The position numbers and the translations under genes were made by a program. A stretch of DNA of 64,000 bases, taken from positions 141,996 through 205,995 of the forward strand of contig CAVVYR010000019.1 in assembly GCA_963752475.1 (NCBI GenBank), given 5' to 3'. How positions within the stretch are numbered: the stretch's first letter is position 1; each line of letters opens with the position of its first letter. Below, in pieces: positions 9,670 to 19,111 of the stretch. The notes below the pieces were generated by a model. That model saw nothing but the letters and a program-made list of their open reading frames with translations, had not been told where the DNA came from and did not search any database. Origin of the DNA: an uncultured Chloroflexia bacterium. Lineage in GTDB: Bacteria; Chloroflexota; Limnocylindria; Limnocylindrales; CSP1-4.

Positions 9670-10971
9670 ATGCCATCCAAGTTCGAACTCCTCGACGTCG
9701 CTGGGCGCGAGGTCAAGGTCACCAACCCGGACAAGGTCTATTGGCCGGAGCCGGGGTATACCAAGATGGAGCTCGTGCGCTACTACCTGGCCGTGGCCGA
9801 CGGCGCCCTGCGGGGCGCGGGCGGGCGACCGATGGCGCTCAAGCGCTTCGTCGACGGCGCCGCCGGGGAGTTCTTCTTCCAGAAGCGCGCACCGCAGAAG
9901 CGTCCCGAGTGGATCGACACCGTCTCGCTCTCGTTCCCGTCCGGCCGGACGGCAGAGGAGGTCGTCCTTCGTGATGCGGCTTCGCTGGCCTGGGTCGCCA
10001 ACCTTGGCTGCCTGGACCTGAACCCGCACCCGGTGCGCGCCGAGGACGTCGACCACCCCGATGAGCTGCGGGTCGATCTCGACCCCGTACCGGGCGTGAC
10101 CTGGGTGGACGTGCGCACGGTGGCGCTGGTGACGCAAGAGGCGCTCGAGGCGGTCGGGCTCATCGGTTGGCCCAAGACCTCCGGCTCGCGCGGCATCCAC
10201 ATCAACGTGCGCATCGAGCCGCGCTGGACGTACCCGGAGGTGCGGCGCGCGGCCCTGGCTCTGGCGCGTGACGTCGAGGCGCGGGCACCGACGATCGCCA
10301 CCAGCAAGTGGTGGAAGGAAGAGCGACACGGCGTCTTCCTCGACTACAACCAGAACGCCAAGGACCGCACGGTCGCCTCGGCCTACTCGGTGCGGCCCAC
10401 GCCCGACGCGCGGGTGTCGATGCCGCTGACGTGGGACGAGGTGCCCGACGTCGCGGCCGAGGACTTCACCCTGGCCACGGTGCCGGCGCTGTACGAGCAG
10501 CGTGGGGACCGCCACGAGGGCATCGACGCGGCCGTCGGATCGCTCGAGGCGCTGCTGGAGCTGTCGGCCAAGCACGAGGCGGACGAGGGCCTGGGCGATG
10601 CTCCGTGGCCGCCGCACTACCGCAAACAGGCCGACGAGCCCCCGCGGGTGCAGCCCTCGAAGCGCAAGGCCGGGGAACCGTCACCGACCGGCAGGCGTCG
10701 AAGCACCAAGCCGCTCATCGAGATCGCACGCGCCGAGAAGAAGGATGAGGCCCTCGCCGGCCTCGAACGCTGGAGGGCCCGCCACCCCGAGGTCGCCGCG
10801 AGGCTTGAGCCGGCCGATGTCCTGGTGGACGGCATGCGCGGCCGTTCCGCGCTCTGGTGGCGCATCCGCATCAACCTCGAGCACGTGCCCGAAGCGCAGC
10901 GACCCCAGCAGGAGCCGCTCGAGGTCGACTACGACCCCTGGGCGGCGTATCGGGAGCGCCAGGAGACCTAG
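9670..10971 (+). CDS. LigD-type polymerase/primase domain protein (Prim-PolC-like, AEP family) with C-terminal extension
   Basis: TNPDKVYWP, FFQK, DLDP, KTSGSRGIH, DYNQN and SAYSVRP motifs. Confidence 0.9.
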   Translation: MPSKFELLDVAGREVKVTNPDKVYWPEPGYTKMELVRYYLAVADGALRGAGGRPMALKRFVDGAAGEFFFQKRAPQKRPEWIDTVSLSFPSGRTAEEVVLRDAASLAWVANLGCLDLNPHPVRAEDVDHPDELRVDLDPVPGVTWVDVRTVALVTQEALEAVGLIGWPKTSGSRGIHINVRIEPRWTYPEVRRAALALARDVEARAPTIATSKWWKEERHGVFLDYNQNAKDRTVASAYSVRPTPDARVSMPLTWDEVPDVAAEDFTLATVPALYEQRGDRHEGIDAAVGSLEALLELSAKHEADEGLGDAPWPPHYRKQADEPPRVQPSKRKAGEPSPTGRRRSTKPLIEIARAEKKDEALAGLERWRARHPEVAARLEPADVLVDGMRGRSALWWRIRINLEHVPEAQRPQQEPLEVDYDPWAAYRERQET

Positions 10972-13157
10972 CTGACAGCCTCCGGCGCGGATCCAGCCGG
11001 ATGGTCGTCCGCCTCATCGTCGGCGTCGGACTCCGCGTATGGGTCGGGTGGACCGGGGATCTCGTGCTCATCGGCACCGAGGACGCGCAGGACGGAGCGC
11101 CACGTCGTGCCCACCACGCCCAGCACCGGCACCACCAGGAACATGCCCAGGATGCCGGCCACGGCGGAGCCCGCGGGGATGGCCGCGAGCACGATGGCCG
11201 GATGGATGCTGGTGGTGCGGTTGTAGACCAGGGGCGCCACGACGTTGCCCTGCACGATGTTGAAGACGATGGTCCAGATGAACATGACCACGATGTCGAT
11301 GGTGTCGCCCACGGCCACGGCCACGAGGAACGCGAGCATCGTCGTCAGCGCGCTGCCGATGTAGGGGATGTAGCCACCGAAGAACGAGAGCACGAAGATG
11401 GGCAGGGCCAACGGCAGGCTCAGCACCCACATGATCACGAGTTGGCTGAAGGCCCCCACGAAGGAGATCGCGCCCGTGCCGACCATGTAGCCACCGAGGA
11501 TCCCGAAAGCACGCTCGCCGGCCGGGCTCAGCTCCCCCGAAACGTCCTGCGGCAGGTGGGACATCAGGCCGTTCCATAGCGCCGCGCCATCACGCAGGAA
11601 GTAGAAGGTCAGGAGCACGGCCAGGATCAGCACGATGGCGATGCTGACCAGCTCGTCGCCCAGCCCGGCGATCGTGCTGACGCCGACATCGACGCCGGTT
11701 CCAAGGGCTTCGGTGGGCAGGCCCAGCCGACCGCCCGTCGCCTCGTCGATGGCCCCGGCGCCATCGGTGGCGGTGGCACCCAACTCGGGAGCCTGACGGA
11801 CCAGCGAGACCATCGAGAGCGCCAGGACGCCGAGGATGGCGGCTGTACTGCCGCCGACCGCGACGACCGTGGCTAGGTTGCGGGACAGTCCCCGCTTGAG
11901 CAGATAGGACACCAGTGGTGTGACCGTGGCCGCGAGGATGAGCGCGAGGATCACCGGCAGCAGCACCAGCGGGATCGTCGTCAGCACGAGCACCAGCCCT
12001 GCCGCGAAGAGGAGGGCCACCACGGCGCGCCAGCTCCACTGTGCGGCGCGGTCCAGCCAGGAAGGCACGACCTCGGGCAGGTCGGAGGGCACCTCCGGCC
12101 TTAGGATGTCGATGGCCGCCTGGCCCATCGAGACCCCGACGGCCGCCAGAGGCACGGCCAGGATGAGGCCGGCCAACCCGCCGAACGTGTAGCCGATGGG
12201 CAGCGCGATGAGCACCACGACCGGGTGCAGCCGTGGGGCGTTGGCCAGCAATCGTGGCTCGATGACGAGCCAGGACACCACGAACCTCAGGACCAGGAGC
12301 GCGGCCATGATCGCTGCCGCGCTGGTGCCATTCGCACCGAGCGTGACCAGCACGATGAACAGCCCGGCGATCACCGTGCCGAAGTAGGGGATGAAGCCGA
12401 GGACGAACGCCAGGATGGCCAGGGGGATCGCCAGCGGCGTGCCGATGACGAGCATGAAGACCAGGCTCGTGACCGCTGTCGCAGCAGACGTGAGCGTGAC
12501 GGCTCGAACGTAGGCCCCGACGCGACCAAGGGCGCTGTCACCGGCGCCGCTGATGAGCTCGCGCTTCTCGTCCGGCATCGACTGGAAGATCCAGAGCCAG
12601 GCCTTGTCGCCGTCCTTCAGGAAGAAGAAGAGCAGGAAGGTCGCGAGGACGAGGATGCCGACGAGGTTCGCGACCCGACCGACGATGTTCCCGATCGCGC
12701 TGGTGCCGTCTTCCTGGGCGACGGAGATGACCTGCGCCACGAGGTCGTTGAGCCAGTCCGGCAGCTGCAGGTCGGCGAAGGACGCTTCGAGGCTCGCCTG
12801 TCCCTCGCGAAGGCGGTCCACCAGCTCACCGAGGTAGGGCAGGAGCGCGATGACCAGGACCACGAACAGGCCCAGGACGGCACCGATGGTGACGATCCAG
12901 GCGATGCCGGCGGCGGCTGCCCGGGAGCGGCCGGCGTCGCGCAACTTGAGCACGAACGGTGCCAGGATGATGGCCACGACGATGGCCACGCCGATCGACG
13001 CGACGATGTTCCAGATGAGCGTCCCGAGGTACCAGACGACGACGCCGAAGCCGGCGATGACCAGCACGCGCCAGCCCAGCGCGGCCAGGTTGTCCAGCCA
13101 CGTGGGCACCATGCGATCGCCGGTTGCCGTGCTGTCGTTGGTGCTGAGTTCGCTCAT
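10968..13157 (-). CDS. AI-2E (UPF0118) family transporter with two tandem domains
   Basis: Two homologous halves, each with VPxWLDxxA..WR, FFLKDG/YFLRDG, FIPYFG/YIPYIG and LHP/IHP. Confidence 0.85.
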   Translation of the reverse strand: MSELSTNDSTATGDRMVPTWLDNLAALGWRVLVIAGFGVVVWYLGTLIWNIVASIGVAIVVAIILAPFVLKLRDAGRSRAAAAGIAWIVTIGAVLGLFVVLVIALLPYLGELVDRLREGQASLEASFADLQLPDWLNDLVAQVISVAQEDGTSAIGNIVGRVANLVGILVLATFLLFFFLKDGDKAWLWIFQSMPDEKRELISGAGDSALGRVGAYVRAVTLTSAATAVTSLVFMLVIGTPLAIPLAILAFVLGFIPYFGTVIAGLFIVLVTLGANGTSAAAIMAALLVLRFVVSWLVIEPRLLANAPRLHPVVVLIALPIGYTFGGLAGLILAVPLAAVGVSMGQAAIDILRPEVPSDLPEVVPSWLDRAAQWSWRAVVALLFAAGLVLVLTTIPLVLLPVILALILAATVTPLVSYLLKRGLSRNLATVVAVGGSTAAILGVLALSMVSLVRQAPELGATATDGAGAIDEATGGRLGLPTEALGTGVDVGVSTIAGLGDELVSIAIVLILAVLLTFYFLRDGAALWNGLMSHLPQDVSGELSPAGERAFGILGGYMVGTGAISFVGAFSQLVIMWVLSLPLALPIFVLSFFGGYIPYIGSALTTMLAFLVAVAVGDTIDIVVMFIWTIVFNIVQGNVVAPLVYNRTTSIHPAIVLAAIPAGSAVAGILGMFLVVPVLGVVGTTWRSVLRVLGADEHEIPGPPDPYAESDADDEADDHPAGSAPEAVS

Positions 13158-13223
13158 GTCGTCTCGTCTTCCCACGGGTGCTGCCGCGAGCCTACCGCGT
13201 CCGAGCGGTCCATCACGCGCCGC

Positions 13224-14073
13224 TCACGCGGGCTTGTAGTCGAACGTGTCGGGGTTGGGACCGGTGCGACCGGCAGGACCACGATCGAGCCCCGCGAGTG
13301 CGGACATGTCCGCTTCGCTGAGCTCGAAGTCGAAGACCTCGATGTTCTCGCGCATGCGCTCGGGCGACATCGTCTTGGGGAACACCACGTCGCCGCGCTG
13401 GATATGCCAGCGCACCGCCACCTGCGCCTGGGTCCGGCCCAGGCGCTCGGCCACTTGCTGGAGTGCGGCTTCGACGAAGATCGCTCCCTGCGCCAGCGGC
13501 GACCACGCCTGCGTGATGATGCCGTGCTCCTGCCCGATAGGCCCGGAGCTGGTCATTGGGGAAGTGGGGGTGGGCCTCGATCTGGTTGACGGCAGGCACG
13601 ACGTCGGTCTCGGCCAGCAGTCGCTCAAGGTCTACGACTCGGAAGTTGGAGACACCGATGGAGCGGGCTCGACCGTCGGCCTTGAACTCCTCGAAGACCT
13701 TCCAGGTGGAGATGAAGTCTCCGCCGTATGAAAGCACCATCGGCCAGTGGATGAGGAAGAGGTCGACGTAGTCCATGCCCAACAACTCGAGCGTCTCGTC
13801 GAAGGTACGCCGGGCGTCATCGGGCAGATGGGCACCATTGTTGAGCTTGGACGTGACGAAGACCTCGTCGCGGGGCACGTCGCTGGCCCGGATGCCCTCT
13901 CCGACCCCGGCCTCGTTGCGGTACATCTGGGCCGTGTCGAGATGTCGGTAGCCGACGTCGAGTGCTGCCCGCACGGTCGCCGCGGTCTCCTCGGGCGCGA
14001 CCTGGAACGTGCCGTAGCCGAGCTGCGGGATGGTGTGTCCGTCGTTGAGCGTGATGTCAGGGATCGATGTCAT
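13224..14073 (-). CDS. Aldo/keto reductase (2,5-DKG reductase-like), one frameshift near 13540
   Basis: IPQLGYGTFQ, DTAQMY, DLFLIHWP, IGVSNF and NQIEAHP, continuing as AWSPLAQG in a second frame. Confidence 0.85.
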
Positions 14074-14195
14074 GGCTCCAGCATAGCCAGCGCTCGGACC
14101 GCTTGGACCGCGTCTTCGGGACCTGTGGCCCTGAGATACATCAGCGACAGGTGACACACTTCACACTGAGATATCACAGACGGGGGACAACCACC

Positions 14196-14564
14196 TTGGG
14201 TTGCAGCACATGCGTAGACCGACCGACCGACGCCGTCGCGACGGGGACGGACGACGAGCTACGCCCGAGCCTGCGGAAGCACCAGACGCCAGATACCGCA
14301 GCCGCTGTGACCGCTGCTGCGCTCGTGGCCGAGCCGGTTCGCGCCGGCATCCTGGCCATCCTGCGTGACGGCCCGCATTGCGTTTGCGAGATGGCCGCCG
14401 CGCTCGACGTCAAGCAGAACAACCTCAGCAACCACCTGGCCAAGCTGCGCGAAGCCGGTCTGGTGCGCGCGAGCCGCAGCAAGGTCGATGCGCGGTGGAA
14501 GTACTACGAACGAGATGAAGACGCCGTGACGGCAGCAGGGGAGGCCCTGGCCCGGGTCTTCTGA
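14196..14564 (+). CDS. ArsR/SmtB family transcriptional regulator
   Basis: HCVCEM, NLSNHLAKLREAGLV and RWKYY motifs. TTG start after a GGGGA SD is inferred. Confidence 0.8.
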   Translation: MGCSTCVDRPTDAVATGTDDELRPSLRKHQTPDTAAAVTAAALVAEPVRAGILAILRDGPHCVCEMAAALDVKQNNLSNHLAKLREAGLVRASRSKVDARWKYYERDEDAVTAAGEALARVF

Positions 14565-15613
14565 TGCGCACGCTCACGCTCGGTCGACACGAGCCTCCGT
14601 TCTGGCCCACCGCGGTCCTCGCTACCCTCACCTGGGTCGTGGCCTGGTTCGCGGCCTGGCCGCTCAGCCAGTGGGTCGCCTTCGAGTTGCTGGGCCTGGA
14701 ACACGGTAGCTCGTTGGGCGAGGCCATCGCCTTCTTCCTCTACGACGTGCCCAAGGTGCTCCTGCTCCTGCTGGGTGTCGTCACCATCGTCAGCTTCCTG
14801 CGCTCGTACGTGCCACCCGAGCGCGTTCGAGCCGCACTCGCCGGCCGCAGTGTCGTGGCCGGGACGATCGGAGCTGCGCTCTTCGGCGTCGTCACGCCCT
14901 TCTGCTCGTGTTCGGCCGTGCCCCTCTTCATCGGCTTCCTGCAGGCCGGCATCCCGGTCGGGGTCACGCTCGCCTTCCTCATCAGCTCGCCCCTCGTCAA
15001 CGAGGTCGCGCTGGTCCTGCTGTGGGGCCTGTTCGGCTGGGAGATCGCGCTCATCTACATGGTCGCGGGCCTCTCGGTGGCCATCGTCGGCGGCCTCATC
15101 CTCGGGCGGCTGCCGCTCGAGCGACACCTCGAGCCATGGGTCCTGGAGGCGCGCCAGGCCGGTGGCGGCGCCCAGGTCATCGATGTCAGGGTCGCGACCG
15201 AGGATCGCCTGCGCGAGGCCTGGTCCTCGACTCGCGACCTTGTGCGCAAGGTCTGGCCCTGGGTCGTGGTCGGCATCGGGGTCGGAGCCTTCATCCACGG
15301 CTACGTGCCCACGGATGTCATCGTCGACATCGGCGGCGCGGACAACCCCTGGGCTGTGCCCATCGTGACGGCGCTGGCGGTGCCGCTGTACGCGGGCGCT
15401 GCCGGCGTCATCCCCATCGTCGAGGCGCTCCTCGACAAGGGCCTGCCACTGGGCACGGTGCTGGCATTCATGATGGCCACCGTCGCCATCAGTCTGCCCG
15501 AGTTCCTCATCCTCCGGCGTGTCGCCAAGCCGGCGCTGCTGGCCGTCTTCCTCGGGGTCGTCGTCAGCGGGATCCTCGCGGTCGGCTATCTCTTCAACGC
15601 CCTCGGAACATGA
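14564..15613 (+). CDS. ArsP/DUF318-type permease
   Basis: TPFCSCSAVP motif, SLPE motif, translationally coupled to the ArsR gene. Confidence 0.9.
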   Translation: MRTLTLGRHEPPFWPTAVLATLTWVVAWFAAWPLSQWVAFELLGLEHGSSLGEAIAFFLYDVPKVLLLLLGVVTIVSFLRSYVPPERVRAALAGRSVVAGTIGAALFGVVTPFCSCSAVPLFIGFLQAGIPVGVTLAFLISSPLVNEVALVLLWGLFGWEIALIYMVAGLSVAIVGGLILGRLPLERHLEPWVLEARQAGGGAQVIDVRVATEDRLREAWSSTRDLVRKVWPWVVVGIGVGAFIHGYVPTDVIVDIGGADNPWAVPIVTALAVPLYAGAAGVIPIVEALLDKGLPLGTVLAFMMATVAISLPEFLILRRVAKPALLAVFLGVVVSGILAVGYLFNALGT

Positions 15614-15642
15614 TGCGAGACAGCATCGGAAGGAGTCCATCC

Positions 15643-15882
15643 ATGGTGAAGATCGAAGTGCTCGGCTCCGGCTGCGCCAACTGCAAGGCCGTCGAGTCCA
15701 ATGCCCGCGAGGCCGTCGCGATGGCCGGAGTAGAGGCGGAGATCCTGAAGGTCACCGACTACGCCGAGATCGCCTCCCGCGGAGTCATGAGCACGCCGGG
15801 GCTCGTGATCGACGGTGAGGTCCGCTCGACAGGCCGCGTCCCCAGCGCCGGCGATATCGCGGAGTGGCTCGTGCCGAGCTGA
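15643..15882 (+). CDS. Small redox-active thioredoxin-family protein (MTH895-like)
   Basis: SD AAGGAG, IEVLGSGCANC, GVMSTPGLVIDG. Confidence 0.9.
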   Translation: MVKIEVLGSGCANCKAVESNAREAVAMAGVEAEILKVTDYAEIASRGVMSTPGLVIDGEVRSTGRVPSAGDIAEWLVPS

Positions 15883-15909
15883 TCGGTGACGACCACCCAG
15901 GCATGACGA

Positions 15910-15938
15910 ACGACCCCCGGGATGAACCCGGGGGTCGT
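15910..15938. terminator. Hairpin terminator between convergent genes
   Basis: ACGACCCCCGGG-ATGAA-CCCGGGGGTCGT, perfect 12-bp stem. Confidence 0.75.
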
Positions 15939-15964
15939 GCCTATGTCGCGGGGAGTGTGAGGGA

Positions 15965-17104
15965 CTAGCCCTGGACGCCCTTCTTCTTGAAGTGGCGGCG
16001 GCCGATGGTCATGCCCGCGAAGACGAGCAGGTAGCAGGCGAGCACGAAGAAGCTGGCTGCGACCGAGGTCCCCTCGCCCTCCATGGCTGCCTCGATCCCG
16101 ACGTCCATGGCTTCGAAGCCGGCCGAGATGGTGAAGATGCCGAGTGCGCCGAGGATGCCAAGGATGCTGAGCACGATGGCGAAGGCGCGACCCCAGCGGC
16201 GGTGCCCGAAGACGCCGACGGCGGCGATGAGGTGGATGATGCCGATGATGAGGAGGATGCCGCCAAAGGCGAAGATCCGCTCCTCGGTAGCTTCGACGTC
16301 AGCGATGAGGTCCTGGGCGTCGGCGCTGAGCGTGACGTCTCCGAGCCAATCGGTGACGCTCTGTGCCCACAGCACGAGCGCGCCCGCGATGCCCCAGACG
16401 AAGCCCCAGGTGAGCAGGACCCACCCGGCGAGCACCGCCAGGAACGAGCGGTTGTATCCGCCCTCACCCTGTGCGTAGTACTGATCCTGGCCCGGCTGCG
16501 CATAGGCGTAGGGCTGGCCCGGCTGCGGCGGGTAGCCCGGCTGCTGCTGGCCGTACGCCGACTGGTCGTAGTAGCCCGGCTGCTGCTGGCCGTACGCCGA
16601 CTGGTCGTAGTACTGCGGCTGCTGGTAGCCCTGCTGCTGGCCGTACGCCGACTGGTCGTAGTACTGCGGCTGCTGGTAGCCCTGCTGCGGCTGCTGCTCG
16701 TAGCCCTGCTGCGGCTGCTGCTCGTAGCCCTGCTGCGGCTGCTGATACCCCGGCTGCTGCTGTGCGTACTGCTGCTGCTGCTGGTAGGCCTGCTGATCGT
16801 AGCCCTGCTGCTGCTGCTCGTAGCCCTGCTGCGGCTGCTGATACCCCTGCTGCTGCTGTGCGTACTGCTGCTGCTGCTGCGCATCGGGCGCCGCGTAGGC
16901 CTGCGTGTCGGCCGGGTTGGCCGCTTGCTGGTAGGAGGAATCCGCGGACCAAGCGGCGTACTCGGCCGCTGCGTCCTGGCTCCCGCCGGCTGCTGGCTGT
17001 GACTGATCCTGGCCTGGAGTCTGGTTCCAGGCCGAGGTGTCGCCGCTGCCCGAAGCGGGCGGCTGTGCCCCGCTCGCGTCGTTAGGCGGGTTGTTCTGAT
17101 CCAT
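15965..17104 (-). CDS. Membrane protein with a long Q/Y/G/P low-complexity N-terminal region and ~4 C-terminal TM helices
   Basis: SD GGAGG before MDQNNPP, repeats QQGYQQP, GYEQQPQQ and YYDQSAYGQQQ, hydrophobic C-terminus. Confidence 0.85.
   Translation of the reverse strand: MDQNNPPNDASGAQPPASGSGDTSAWNQTPGQDQSQPAAGGSQDAAAEYAAWSADSSYQQAANPADTQAYAAPDAQQQQQYAQQQQGYQQPQQGYEQQQQGYDQQAYQQQQQYAQQQPGYQQPQQGYEQQPQQGYEQQPQQGYQQPQYYDQSAYGQQQGYQQPQYYDQSAYGQQQPGYYDQSAYGQQQPGYPPQPGQPYAYAQPGQDQYYAQGEGGYNRSFLAVLAGWVLLTWGFVWGIAGALVLWAQSVTDWLGDVTLSADAQDLIADVEATEERIFAFGGILLIIGIIHLIAAVGVFGHRRWGRAFAIVLSILGILGALGIFTISAGFEAMDVGIEAAMEGEGTSVAASFFVLACYLLVFAGMTIGRRHFKKKGVQG
16490..16880 (-). repeat. Coding tandem repeats (CAG-rich) encoding Q/Y/G oligopeptides
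   Basis: Repeated ctgctgctggccgtacgccgactggtcgta and tagccctgctgcggctgctg units on the + strand. Confidence 0.85.
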
Positions 17105-17171
17105 GAGTTCCTCCCTGACTAGGCACGCGCAAGTGTACCCGGCCTCCAAGCCTGTGCGAATACGGCGGACA

Positions 17172-18257
17172 TCACCGTTCTGCAAAGATGTCGCGCAACT
17201 CGAACGGCGCGGTCGTCTCGAGCTGGTCGTAGCGGCAGTCCGCGGGTGTCCTGTCGGGCCGCCACCGCGTGAAGGTGGTGGCGTGCCGGAAGCGATCGCC
17301 CTGCAGATGGTCGTAGGCTACTTCGACGACGCGCTCGGTCCGCAGCGGCTCCCAGGAGAGGTCCTTGCCGCGGTTCCAGCGCGAGGTGGCACCGGGCATG
17401 CGTTGGCCGGTGGCTTCGGCCTCGGCCGACCAGGCTGCCCACTCGCGCCAAGGGTGATCCTCGAGGGCGCGGTCGCGCAATGGCGCCAGCTCCGTTGCCA
17501 GCTCGGCCCGGCGATCCCACTTGAACGATGAGGTCACGCCGACGTGGTGCAGCGTCCCAGCATCGTCGTGGAGCCCGAGGATGAGTGAGCCCACGTGCGT
17601 CCCAGGCCCGTTCTTGTGCCAGCGGAAGCCGGCCATGACGCAGTCGGCCGTGCGCTTGTGCTTGATCTTGAGCATCCGCCGCTTGCCGGGCTCGTAGATG
17701 GCGTCCGCGGCCTTGGCGATGACGCCATCGAGGCCTGCCCCCTCGAAGCGCGCGAACCAGTCGGCCGCCAGGTCCCGCTCCCGCGTCAGCGGCGTCAGGT
17801 GCACGGGTGGTCGGGCCGCTGCCAGCATCTCTTCGAGTCGTGCCCGCCGCTCACTCTGAGGCGTCTCCAGGAGCGACGCATCGTCGAGCGCCAAGAGGTC
17901 CCAGGCCACGAATGACGCCGGCGTCTGCTCGGCGAGCATGTTCACGCGCGACTCGGCCGGGTGGATGCGCAGGAGCAGGGCGTCGAAGTCGAGGGCTCCA
18001 TCGCGTGCGATCACGACCTCGCCGTCGAGCACGCAGCGTCGAGGCAGGTTCGCCAGGAGTGGCTCGGCCAGCTCAGGAAAGTAGCGGTGGAGGGGCTTCT
18101 TGTCGCGGCTCTGGACATACAGGTCGTCGCCATCCCGGAAGATGAGGGCCCGGAAGCCATCCCACTTGGGCTCGTAGAGCCAGCCCTCGCCAGCGGGCAG
18201 GTCCGTGGCCACCTTGGCCAGCATCGGCTGCACGGGCGGAGCGAGGGGCAGGTCCAT
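17172..18257 (-). CDS. ligC: ATP-dependent DNA ligase, LigC type
   Basis: PVQPMLAK, EPKWDGFR (KxDG), LDGEVV, DGVIAK, KIKH and RFRH motifs. Confidence 0.9.
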   Translation of the reverse strand: MDLPLAPPVQPMLAKVATDLPAGEGWLYEPKWDGFRALIFRDGDDLYVQSRDKKPLHRYFPELAEPLLANLPRRCVLDGEVVIARDGALDFDALLLRIHPAESRVNMLAEQTPASFVAWDLLALDDASLLETPQSERRARLEEMLAAARPPVHLTPLTRERDLAADWFARFEGAGLDGVIAKAADAIYEPGKRRMLKIKHKRTADCVMAGFRWHKNGPGTHVGSLILGLHDDAGTLHHVGVTSSFKWDRRAELATELAPLRDRALEDHPWREWAAWSAEAEATGQRMPGATSRWNRGKDLSWEPLRTERVVEVAYDHLQGDRFRHATTFTRWRPDRTPADCRYDQLETTAPFELRDIFAER

Positions 18258-18338
18258 GGTCTGCACGATACCCCGCCCTCGGGGGGCGGACAACGCCAGA
18301 GCGCGGAGCGCCCGAGGCTGCGTGGTAGCCTCGAGGAC

Positions 18339-19067
18339 GTGTCTGCTCCCACCTTCCGAGGCGATCCATACCGCGTGCTCGACGTGCGCCACGATGCTTC
18401 CGCAGATGAGATCAAGGCTCGCTGGCGCGAGCTCGCGCGCGAGCTTCACCCCGACCGTGCCGGTTCCGACGCCAGTGAGCGCGAGCGGCTGACCACGCGC
18501 ATGGCGCGCATCAACGCCGCTTACGACGTGCTCAGCGATCCGATCCGGCGTGCTCGCTACGACAGCACCCCGCACGCGCGGCGTGAGCGATACGCAGAGG
18601 GCCGGCCGCCGGGCTCGGATGACAAGGTCGGGCCGCCGCCACCGCCGCCGACGAAGCCGGTGACCGCACGCTTCGACTTCTCGAACTCGTTCAGGCCACG
18701 CAACAGCGCGGCCATCCGTCAGCCGGGCCGTCACACCACGCTCGCGGGCCAGGCGCCGGTCGATTGGCGTCGGTACCGCCAGGGTCCTGACCTGCGCGCG
18801 AGCGACCCCAACGGACCGGTCCATCGAAGGGTCGATCCGAGGCGCGTGCGTATGCCCAGCCTCGACGAGGCCAGGGCCACGGTGCTCGGCTTCGGGCGCT
18901 TCCACGGCCGGACGCTGGGCGAGGTGGCCGAGAAGGAGCCGACCTACATCGACTGGATCGCCTCCACCATCACCCGCGACCGTGACTTGGTGATGCGGGC
19001 CAAGGTCATCGCCAGCGACCTCGACGCGCGCGGCATCGAACGCCGACCCCGCGTGGCCGAGGCGTAG
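18339..19067 (+). CDS. J-domain (DnaJ-like) protein with a C-terminal FGRFHGRTLGEV...YIDWI domain
   Basis: DPYRVLDV, ELHPD and INAAYDVLSDP..RARYD. TAGCCT box 7 nt before GTG. Confidence 0.85.
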   Translation: MSAPTFRGDPYRVLDVRHDASADEIKARWRELARELHPDRAGSDASERERLTTRMARINAAYDVLSDPIRRARYDSTPHARRERYAEGRPPGSDDKVGPPPPPPTKPVTARFDFSNSFRPRNSAAIRQPGRHTTLAGQAPVDWRRYRQGPDLRASDPNGPVHRRVDPRRVRMPSLDEARATVLGFGRFHGRTLGEVAEKEPTYIDWIASTITRDRDLVMRAKVIASDLDARGIERRPRVAEA

Positions 19068-19111
19068 CCGCCCGCGGTCCGCGCAGAGGTCCCCGAAGAT
19101 CGGGGTCGGAT

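Noticed and set aside
18258-18905. N-terminal extension of LigC in the ORF track (577 aa)
   Set aside because: It is antisense to the J-domain gene. The true start at 18257 is supported by a -10 box and by the start of family similarity.
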